Shown one piece after another: positions 42,742 to 52,207 of a stretch of DNA of 64,000 bases; position 1 is the stretch's first letter; each line of letters opens with the position of its first letter. Both the position numbers and the translations under genes were made by a program. The notes under the pieces were generated by a model. It was not told where the DNA came from. It ran no database searches and was given only the letters and a program-made list of their open reading frames with translations. Origin of the DNA: Candidatus Aldehydirespirator sp. (GTDB lineage Bacteria > Actinomycetota > Acidimicrobiia > Acidimicrobiales > Aldehydirespiratoraceae); the NCBI GenBank assembly GCA_965220485.1, contig OZ244832.1:1674882-1738881 (forward strand), in the 5' to 3' direction.

Positions 42742-43779
42742 CCGCGCCTTTCCGCCCACCGGTCCCGACCTGACAGTCTGACACCGATGAAGTCTGACGT
42801 GCGGGTGCTAGTAGTCGCGCTAGAGCGCCGCTCCCCCAGCCGTCCCGGTTGGTGCTCAGATCCAGGCGACCAGAGCCACGGCGGTGGTGCTGGCGTAGAG
42901 GACCCTGCGGTCGCGGGCCGCGCTCAGGAACATCCCGTTGGCCACCCGCGACCCGGTGGACACCCGATCAACGAGGGCGCCCGTGGCTACATCCACCACC
43001 ACCAGGTCGTCCGATGGTGGACCGCCGCCCTCGCCCGGCCTGAAGTCGCTGATCACGAGCGGCTCACCCAGCACCTCCAGGGACCCGGGCTCCAAGCGGG
43101 TGAGCGTGGTGCCCCCCTGGCCTTCGAGTCGCAGGTCCTTGGTGACGATCATGCCGTCGCTCAGGGCCAGCATCCCGTTGTGCGAGCGGTTGACGGGCAG
43201 CCTCCGCTCGGCCAGCCCTGGTGTCAGCCGGATCAGTCAGGCCCGCCTACGAACGGAACCCTCCGAGTGCTCCAGGTTCTCAGCAATGCTCGGGTCGGGG
43301 GCCTCGGGCTCTGGCGGCTGTAACTGCTCGGGACTCCCTTTCGGCTGCTGGTTCCCATCCTTAGCCATTGACCATGTCCCCTATTGCGACGATCACGCCC
43401 ACCATCTCGAGGAGCAGGCTCGCCAACTCCAAGGTGAACGTCCTGAGCTTCGCTCGCAGCATACCCAGAGGCGAACCCAGCCGCGACGATGGCCACTGAG
43501 AGGACCGACCCCGCCCGTTCCCGTACTTCGCGCAGAACCGCTGCCTGGGACTCGACGGCCCTGATGCCGGTCTCGTAGGCGAGCAGGTATCCGGCGGGTT
43601 CACCTGTAGCGGTCATTGTGCACAGCGCAACGGTCCATCGGAAGCATCACCCCCGGCAACAGAGCGAGGGCCCAGATGGGCCCTCGCTAGGCTCCGAACG
43701 AAGGAGCCAGAAGAATGATGGATTATAGATGAAACATACTGAGGAATGCAACCCTCTAACCGTTGTCAGTCCACTCGAC

Positions 43780-44505
43780 TCACGGTGCGAAGAGCTCCGG
43801 GACGATCGGGCAGTCGGACGCTCGCGCGGCTTCGGCGGGGGTGCGCAGGCCGGACGGGGTGACCACCCTGGTGACGAAACGGTCGAGGTCCAGGACGGCC
43901 AGGCCGCGCATGGCCGGATCATCGGGGCGGTGACGAGCGCTCAACAAATCCCACATGCGCTCGGGCAGTATCCGTCCCGCGCCGGCGATCAGCCACACGG
44001 GCGTGCCCCAGCCGCGGGCCGCCTCGGCCACCGACACCGTCTCGGCCACAACGAGGGCCTGCGACGGTCCCACGCAGTCGCTGGTCATCAACACCAGGTC
44101 GGCTGTGCCCGCGGCCTCGGGGTCGTCCGGCTCGAGGGATCGCAGGTCCCCTCGATCGTGCAGTGCGGTGGCGAACGCCCCGAACTCCCCCACGGCGAGA
44201 ACGCTCGACCCTGAGGACAGGGAGTCCAAACCGTCCTCCAGCGCCCGGCCGGTGGCATCGGCGTCGAGGTCCTCCATGACCCTGATCGCCTCGGAGCGGG
44301 GATCCATCGCGGTGAGCATCCGAGCGGCCAGCCACACCAGCGGTGCACAGTCGCTGCGGCGGTCCAGCAGGCGCCGGCACGACGTGAGCAGACCCTTCGG
44401 GTCGTCGGCGAACGACGCCAGCGCCGCCGCCGACTCCCGGACCAGCGGCACCACCGGCACTACACCGGCCCGAGCCACAAACCGCAGACGCTCGATCGGA
44501 TGCAC
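43780..44505 (-). CDS. Conserved hypothetical protein (possibly eIF-2B/MtnA-like fold)
   Basis: MHPIERLRFVARAG...LLTSCRRLLDRRSDCAPLVWLAARML resembles a conserved actinobacterial family I cannot name with confidence. Confidence 0.45.
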   Translation of the reverse strand: MHPIERLRFVARAGVVPVVPLVRESAAALASFADDPKGLLTSCRRLLDRRSDCAPLVWLAARMLTAMDPRSEAIRVMEDLDADATGRALEDGLDSLSSGSSVLAVGEFGAFATALHDRGDLRSLEPDDPEAAGTADLVLMTSDCVGPSQALVVAETVSVAEAARGWGTPVWLIAGAGRILPERMWDLLSARHRPDDPAMRGLAVLDLDRFVTRVVTPSGLRTPAEAARASDCPIVPELFAP

Positions 44506-44528
44506 GCCTTGATGCTACGCACAACCCC

Positions 44529-44701
44529 GAGACGCCAGCCGGGGCACCAGGTTCGCAGCGAGACGCCAGCCGGGGCACCAGGTTCGCAGCGAGACGCCAG
44601 CCGGGGCACCAGGTTCGCAGCGAGACGCCAGCCGGGGCACCAGGTTCGCAGCGAGCCGCCAGCCGGGGCACCAGGTTCGCAGCGAGCCGCCAGCCGGGGG
44701 G
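44529..44701. repeat. 31-bp tandem array (5.5 copies) in a divergent intergenic region
   Basis: GAG(A/C)CGCCAGCCGGGGCACCAGGTTCGCAGC occurs at 44529, 44560, 44591, 44622 and 44653, with a partial copy at 44684. The units are contiguous with no spacers. Confidence 0.9.
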
Positions 44702-44786
44702 TGGCGCCGGGGCAAGGAATGGCGCCGCTCGCGGCGCCAGGACAGGACCCGCCGGCCGGGACAGCGCGAGCGCTAGCGTTGGGATC

Positions 44787-45272
44787 GTGACGACCGTCTC
44801 GCTCGATGTTGAACTGGCACCCCTGGGAGCCGAGGCCAGGCCCCTGGAAGACTGGCTCACAACCTTCCCGCTCCTGCCGGTCCTCCTCGATCCCTACACC
44901 AACGAGAGTGCCTGGATTCTGCACACGGCCAGGCGGATACTGGTCACCTACGCCGAAGCCGGGTGCCGTGGCTGCTGGGTGGTTACCTGCGGCCCGGACG
45001 ACGCCCGGCGCTTCCTCGGCCCGTACGGGCGTGAGATCCTGACCTTCACCGATCCCGAGCGGCGCGTGCCAGCGGCCCTCGGGCTGGACAGCCTGCCCGC
45101 GTTCGCCTTCGTGCTGCAGAACGGATCGGTGACCGCAGCCGCCCAGGGCTGGGACCCCACAGAATGGAGAGCCGTCGCGGATACCGTCTCCGAGTACACA
45201 GAGTGGATGCGCCCGGTGATCGGCGACGGGCAGGATCCGGTCGCCTTCCCGGGCACGCCGGCGGGGCCCTGA
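44787..45272 (+). CDS. Hypothetical protein (possible thioredoxin-like fold)
   Basis: ORF with coding-like GC3 bias. The GCRGC motif and ...[11 protein letters not shown]... are reminiscent of a Trx-like fold. No firm family call. Confidence 0.4.
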   Translation: MTTVSLDVELAPLGAEARPLEDWLTTFPLLPVLLDPYTNESAWILHTARRILVTYAEAGCRGCWVVTCGPDDARRFLGPYGREILTFTDPERRVPAALGLDSLPAFAFVLQNGSVTAAAQGWDPTEWRAVADTVSEYTEWMRPVIGDGQDPVAFPGTPAGP

Positions 45273-45301
45273 CGCCACCGGAGCCGAGAGCTGTAGGAGA
45301 C

Positions 45302-46960
<1,659 letters not shown>

Positions 46961-47040
46961 ACCGCCGGGGGCGGGCCGCCCGCCCCGCGAACTGGCAGCG
47001 CACAAGGCCCAAAACGGACCTCACCGCTGCCAATTCCCGG

Positions 47041-47631
47041 TTAGGAGCGGGCCGATTCCTCCGCCGACGCCGCCACCGGCGCGGCCTCGTCGGCCGCGGT
47101 CCGCCAGTCGAGAACGGGACAGTCGCCCCACAGCCTTTCGAGCTGGTACAGGGCGCGTCGCTCGGCGTCGAAGACGTGAACCACGAACGGTCCGTAGTCG
47201 AGCAGCACCCACTGGCGGTCGTCGGCACCCTCGATGCGCAGCGGCGACGGACCGCCCGCCTCCTTCAACAGCTCCTCCACGCCCTCGGTGATGGCGCGCA
47301 CCTGGCGGGCATTGTTGCCGTGGGTGATAACGAACAGATCGGTGACGACGAGCACGTCGCCGACATCGATCACGACGGTGTCGACGCCATTGCGCTCATC
47401 GGCGGCTGCGGCCGCGGCCATGGCCCAGCGCCGCTCATCGGCGCCGTCGACGTCGCGAGGCGGACCCGGGGCGCGGGACGGACCCGGGGCGCGGGACGAA
47501 CCCGGGGCGCGGGCCGGACCCGGGGCGCGGGGCGAACCGGTCGCGTGGGGCGGACCCGGGGCGCGGGGCGGATCGGCGGATCGGGCCGCGCCGTCAGGCC
47601 CGGCAAGACCAGCCGCGTGGGCCCCCGTCAC
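47041..47631 (-). CDS. rsfS: Ribosome silencing factor RsfS (Iojap-like) with repeat-encoded Pro/Arg/Ala/Gly N-terminal extension
   Basis: Core VVIDVGDVLVVTDLFVITHGNNARQVRAI...WVLLDYGPFVVHVFDAERRALYQLERLW. The GTG at 47631 overlaps the upstream stop (GTGA). A shorter start near the MAAAAAADE segment is possible. Confidence 0.8.
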   Translation of the reverse strand: MTGAHAAGLAGPDGAARSADPPRAPGPPHATGSPRAPGPARAPGSSRAPGPSRAPGPPRDVDGADERRWAMAAAAAADERNGVDTVVIDVGDVLVVTDLFVITHGNNARQVRAITEGVEELLKEAGGPSPLRIEGADDRQWVLLDYGPFVVHVFDAERRALYQLERLWGDCPVLDWRTAADEAAPVAASAEESARS

Positions 47632-48869
47632 CGACCGGCCTGGTCGAGTCCGACCGTCACCGTGATGTCGACCACGTCAGCCGCGGCCTCTCCCAACTCG
47701 ATGAGGGCCATGTCGACGCCGAGTTGGATGGCGATGCAGTTGGTTCTGAAGTCGTTCACGAGTTCTTCGCGATGGTAGTAGAAAAGGGTGGCCTCAGCGC
47801 CGAACTCGTCGGCATTGCCGATTTCGGTCACAACCCCTCCGGCCGCGATGATGTCGTCGACGAGAGAGTCCCGGACCGCAGGGTCGCCAGCGCCATCGAG
47901 CAGTTTGACCCGGGGTCGCAGGAAGGACTCGGGCTGCCGAGGCCGGGGCACCAACTCCAGGGTCTCGTCCCGGAGCCATGACTCATCGCCGCACGACCGC
48001 CCCTCGTCGCCAGGCAGGTCGGCGAGCTCGTAGCGAGGAGGCGAGGCGGGATCAAACACCAGGGACTGCAGAGGAGGTACCTCCACCACTGCGGTTCCTG
48101 CTCCCAGAACCTGCAGGAATGACGACAACGGCGACGAGGGCGGCGGGACGGCGGCAGCCGGGGCGGCGGCGCGGCTGATGACCCCGAGCCACGACTCCCA
48201 CATGGCCCGCTGGCGCTGCACCCGGTTGACGTCGGCCTCGTTAGCGTTCCGTAGGGCGTACACCGCGGCGGCGTCGGCCGCGGAGAGTTCGTAGCGCCCG
48301 GACTCGTACACCACCCGCGGCGCGCCATCGGGACCTACCTCCAAGAGGTCGTCCGCCAGCAGGTAAGGCAGAGGCGCGGCCGTACTCATGCCGTGGGCCA
48401 GGGACTCCGTGGTCGTTTCGACCACGTCGTCGAACCCGATCCCGAACAGGACCTCGGCGACAGGCTCGACTGCGTCGGGGCCCCCGCGGGCGTACACATC
48501 CGAGATGAGCTCGCCCTCCCTCCCCCCGATACCGGGCGCGACCAACAGATCGGCCGGCAGCAGCACGACGCCGCCGCCCGCGTCGATGCCGGTGCGGGCG
48601 ATGAATGCGACACCGGTCAGCTCGCCGTTGTGGGTATGGAGCGAGAGCAGCGTAGGCGTCACCCCCACGAACTCAAGGTATCCGGGCTCGTCGGGCGACA
48701 GAACGATGCGTTCCTCGACGCTGTCCACCGTGGTGTTGAGAACGGCGCGACCGCCCGCGAGGGCCAGCAGAAGTACCGCGATCCCTGAAGCCACGACGAC
48801 GCCCGGATAGACGAACCGCCAGAAGTAGTGAGCGCGGGGCGCGGGCCGGCGACGCCCGAACAGCGTCAT
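47628..48869 (-). CDS. Membrane-anchored LytR_C-domain-containing protein
   Basis: N-terminal TM helix. The C-terminal VKLLDGAGDPAVRDSLVDDIIAAGGVVTEIGNADEF...TLFYY resembles a LytR C-terminal domain. Position nadD-X-rsfS as in other Actinomycetota. Confidence 0.5.
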   Translation of the reverse strand: MTLFGRRRPAPRAHYFWRFVYPGVVVASGIAVLLLALAGGRAVLNTTVDSVEERIVLSPDEPGYLEFVGVTPTLLSLHTHNGELTGVAFIARTGIDAGGGVVLLPADLLVAPGIGGREGELISDVYARGGPDAVEPVAEVLFGIGFDDVVETTTESLAHGMSTAAPLPYLLADDLLEVGPDGAPRVVYESGRYELSAADAAAVYALRNANEADVNRVQRQRAMWESWLGVISRAAAPAAAVPPPSSPLSSFLQVLGAGTAVVEVPPLQSLVFDPASPPRYELADLPGDEGRSCGDESWLRDETLELVPRPRQPESFLRPRVKLLDGAGDPAVRDSLVDDIIAAGGVVTEIGNADEFGAEATLFYYHREELVNDFRTNCIAIQLGVDMALIELGEAAADVVDITVTVGLDQAGR

Positions 48870-49468
48870 CGACCGGACCCGTACAGGCCCTTGGACCTCA
48901 CAAGGTCGGCCACCGCCCGGGGGGCGAGCGCCTCGACCGGGCGGCCGTCAGCGAAGCGGGCCCGGACGTCGCACGACGAGATGTCCAGCGCGGGGACCTC
49001 CACCACCACCGCAGGCCAGCCCTCGGGGGGGCGCCCGCCGGACCGTCCCGCCCTCTCCACCACGACCGTGGTGGACAGCTCCCGGAGCTCGGCGGGGCGC
49101 TTCCAGGTGTCGAGCCCCTGGGCGGTGTCCGAACCCACGATGAGCATCAGCTCGGCGCCGGGATGCTGCCAGCGCAGCTCCTGCAGGGTGTCGGCCATGT
49201 AGCTCTCGCCGCCGCGGTCGACCTCGAGGGCGCTCGCCTGCAGCCCTTCGAGACCGCTGACGGCGGCCCGCACCATCTCCAATCGCAGGGGGGCCGGCGT
49301 CACCGGATGCAGCACAGATTTCTGCCACGGATCATTGGCCACGACCAACAGCACCACCGCGAGCCTCAGACGGTGGCGCACCTCCAGTGCCGCCGCGAGG
49401 TGCCCGAAATGCGGCGGATCGAAGGTCCCTCCCAGCACGCCGATGCGGGAGGTGTTCCGTCGCTGCAC
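48866..49468 (-). CDS. nadD: Nicotinate-nucleotide adenylyltransferase NadD
   Basis: IGVLGGTFDPPHFGHL (the (H/T)xGH motif) and the C-terminal ISS motif (LDISSCDVR). Confidence 0.9.
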   Translation of the reverse strand: MQRRNTSRIGVLGGTFDPPHFGHLAAALEVRHRLRLAVVLLVVANDPWQKSVLHPVTPAPLRLEMVRAAVSGLEGLQASALEVDRGGESYMADTLQELRWQHPGAELMLIVGSDTAQGLDTWKRPAELRELSTTVVVERAGRSGGRPPEGWPAVVVEVPALDISSCDVRARFADGRPVEALAPRAVADLVRSKGLYGSGR

Positions 49469-49568
49469 CCTGAAAGTCTATGATCAGGTCAGGCGTTGCG
49501 CCGAGGACGCTGCGAAGGTGCGCGGCAAGGACGTGTGACGTATTTCACAGCCTGCGCCACCGCAGGCC

Positions 49569-49597
49569 TTGACTTGCTGGGAACAAATGCGTAGTCT
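49569..49597 (+). promoter_or_regulatory. Candidate sigma-70-type promoter (-35 TTGACT, 17-bp spacer, -10 TAGTCT) for the sigma factor gene
   Basis: Read directly. Lies ~125 nt upstream of ATG 49724 in a locally less GC-rich stretch. Confidence 0.35.
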
Positions 49598-49723
49598 ATA
49601 TTGGTTCGTCTGGGCTGGAGTAGCGCACTTGGAGGGTGTGCGCCCGGCACCAAGTCTTCCCCCACATAGAAAGCGATAAGGTCGCCCTGCCACCGCGAGC
49701 GGGCCCGGTCAGGTGAGTGAGAC

Positions 49724-50569
49724 ATGAGTGACTCAGTAGGACAGTACCTCAACGAGATCGGTGCAGTGGCCCTGCTCAACGCCCAAGAGGAGCGCGAGCT
49801 GTCACAGGCCATCGAGCGCGGTGTCGAGGCCCGCCTCCGCAAGGAGCAGGGCGAGAAGGGCCGTGAAATTGACAAGGCGATCCGCGAGGCCACCGCGGCC
49901 AAGGACCGCTTCATCCGGGCCAACCTGCGCCTGGTCGTGAGCGTGGCTCGGCGCTATCCCCTTCCCCCGGGCATGGAGTTGCTCGACCTGATCCAGGAGG
50001 GGAACCTGGGCCTCGAGCACGCGGTCGACAAGTTCGACTGGCGCAAGGGCTTCAAGTTCTCGACCTACGCGACTTTCTGGATCCGCCAGTCCATCGGGCG
50101 GGCCCTCGACCAGAAGGCGAGCCTGGTGCGACTGCCCGGCGACAGGTCGGCCAGTCTGCGGGCCGCGCTGCGGCAGGTGTCCGGCGACGGCGACGAGTTG
50201 GATGACGACCATGCCCGGCTGCACCGGCTCACCACGCCGACCTCGCTCGACCGCACCATCGGCGACGACGACAGCAACGAGTTGATCGACCTTCTCCCCG
50301 ACTCCAACCCCGGGCCCGAGCTCGAGGTGATGGCCAAGGCCGAGGAGGAGATGGTGACCGGACTGCTCGACATCCTCGAGCCCCGGGCCAAGTACGCCGT
50401 CGAGCAGCGCTTCGGACTCTCCGACGGCATCAAGCGCTCCTACCGCGAGGTGGGCGAGGAGCTGGGCGTCACCGCCGAGGCGGCTCGGCGTCTGGTGAAG
50501 CGCGCCATCAATGCCGTGCGCGAGCACGCCGAGGAGCTGAGTCTGGCCGAGTCGGTCGACGCGGCCTAA
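49724..50569 (+). CDS. RNA polymerase sigma-70 family factor (group 2-like; regions 2-4, no region 1.1)
   Basis: FIRANLRLVVSVARRY (2.1/2.2), DLIQEGNLGLEHAVDKFD, FSTYATFWIRQSI (2.4), and the region 4 HTH SYREVGEELGVTAEAARRLVKRA. Confidence 0.88.
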   Translation: MSDSVGQYLNEIGAVALLNAQEERELSQAIERGVEARLRKEQGEKGREIDKAIREATAAKDRFIRANLRLVVSVARRYPLPPGMELLDLIQEGNLGLEHAVDKFDWRKGFKFSTYATFWIRQSIGRALDQKASLVRLPGDRSASLRAALRQVSGDGDELDDDHARLHRLTTPTSLDRTIGDDDSNELIDLLPDSNPGPELEVMAKAEEEMVTGLLDILEPRAKYAVEQRFGLSDGIKRSYREVGEELGVTAEAARRLVKRAINAVREHAEELSLAESVDAA

Positions 50570-50575
50570 ATTTCC

Positions 50576-51952
50576 ATGTCCGCCGGAGACCTGACCCTGT
50601 TCGCCGGCGGAAGCGGTTGGTCGCCTTCGTCCTGGAGGGCCAAGCCTGCGCGGCATCAGCCGGCTTGGCCCGACCAGGCCGAACTCGAGCAGGCAACCAA
50701 GTCCCTGCGCGATCTGCCTCCGCTGGTGTTCGCGGGCGAGGCCCGCTCGCTCACCGGCCTGCTGGGCCGGGTCGCCAACGGCGAGGCGTTCCTGCTGCAG
50801 GCGGGCGACTGCGCGGAGTCCTTCGACTCCTCCGCGAACTCGATCCGCGACAAGCTGCGGGTGATCCTGCAGATGGCCATCGTGCTGACCTACTCGGGAG
50901 GCGTGCCCCTGGTGAAGGTGGGCCGTATCGCGGGGCAGTTCGCCAAGCCCCGCTCCAAGCCCACCGAGACCATCGGAGACGTGGAGCTCACGTCGTTCCT
51001 GGGCCACATGGTGAACGACATCGGCTTCAGCGAGGCGGAGCGGCTGCCCGACCCCGGGCGGCTGCTGACCGCGTACCACCGGGCCGCATCCACGCTGAAC
51101 CTGCTGCGGGCCTTCACCCGGGGCGGCTATGCCGACCTGTCGCAGGTGTCGAGCTGGAATAGGGAGTTCGTTGCCACCTCTCCGGCGGGCCAGCGCTACT
51201 CGCGGATGGCCGACGAGATCGACCGGGCCCTCCGTTTCATGACCTCGTGCGGCGTGACCACCGCCAACACCCCGCAACTCCACGAAGTGGAGCTCTACAC
51301 CAGCCACGAGGCGCTAGTGCTGGACTACGAGGAGGCGATGACCCGCGAGGACTCGATCACCGGGGACACCTACGACTGCTCCGCCCACATGCTGTGGGTA
51401 GGCGAGCGCACCCGGCAGATGGACGGCGCCCACGTTGAGTTCCTGAGGGGCGTGCACAACCCGCTCGGCTGCAAGATCGGGCCCACCGCCACCGCGGACG
51501 AGGTGGTCGCCTTGTGCGAGTTGCTCAACCCGCAGCGGGTGCCGGGCCGGCTCACCTTCATCACCAGGATGGGCGCCGACGACGTGGAGACACTGCTGCC
51601 CCCGCTGCTGCGGGCGGTGCGGGACTCTCAGCACCCCGTGGCGTGGGCGTGCGACCCGATGCACGGCAACACCTACACCTCGGAGTCGGGGCGCAAGACC
51701 CGGCATTTCGATGACGTGCTGGCCGAGATCAGCGGATTCTTCGCCGCCCACACCTCCTGCGGGACCTGGCCCGGCGGCGTTCATGTGGAGCTCACCGGAG
51801 ACCCCGTCACCGAGTGCGTGGGCGGTGCCGACGACATCAGCCACGAGGATCTGGAACAGGCCTTCGAGACGCTGTGCGATCCCCGCCTCAACGGCCGCCA
51901 GTCGGTGGATCTCGCCTTCCGAGTGGCCGAGATGCTCTCCGACCGCAGCTGA
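50576..51952 (+). CDS. Class II 3-deoxy-7-phosphoheptulonate (DAHP) synthase
   Basis: WRAKPARHQPAWPD...PPLVFAGEARSL...LLQAGDCAESF and the C-terminal ...WACDPMHGNT...GGVHVELTG are class II (AroA-II) hallmarks. Confidence 0.9.
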   Translation: MSAGDLTLFAGGSGWSPSSWRAKPARHQPAWPDQAELEQATKSLRDLPPLVFAGEARSLTGLLGRVANGEAFLLQAGDCAESFDSSANSIRDKLRVILQMAIVLTYSGGVPLVKVGRIAGQFAKPRSKPTETIGDVELTSFLGHMVNDIGFSEAERLPDPGRLLTAYHRAASTLNLLRAFTRGGYADLSQVSSWNREFVATSPAGQRYSRMADEIDRALRFMTSCGVTTANTPQLHEVELYTSHEALVLDYEEAMTREDSITGDTYDCSAHMLWVGERTRQMDGAHVEFLRGVHNPLGCKIGPTATADEVVALCELLNPQRVPGRLTFITRMGADDVETLLPPLLRAVRDSQHPVAWACDPMHGNTYTSESGRKTRHFDDVLAEISGFFAAHTSCGTWPGGVHVELTGDPVTECVGGADDISHEDLEQAFETLCDPRLNGRQSVDLAFRVAEMLSDRS

Positions 51953-52207
51953 GGATCATCAGCGGACAGACCTGTCTCTGGACGGCCTCTCCACGGAGCC
52001 GATGGCAGCCCCCGCGCCCCGCCCCGGAGGGTGCGCCTGACCACCGGCCCTGCCGCGGGCCGCCGCTCCAGCGCCGTCCCCTGTCCGTCATGTCGGCGGG
52101 GACCCGAAAGCCGGAGCCGAGCTGCCCGGCCTAAACGAAGCACGAACAGATCGTCCCCGTGCGGGTCTGTCCTACGTGGCAGGATACGACTTGAGACTGC
52201 CGCCGCA

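Noticed and set aside
52031-52207. The upstream 59 codons of track ORF 52031..54937 as part of the PHP-ATPase.
   Set aside because: The extension is Arg/Ser/Pro-rich and overlaps the terminator-proximal region of the DAHP synthase gene. The PHP domain begins right after Met at 52208. The true start could still be a nearby alternative codon.
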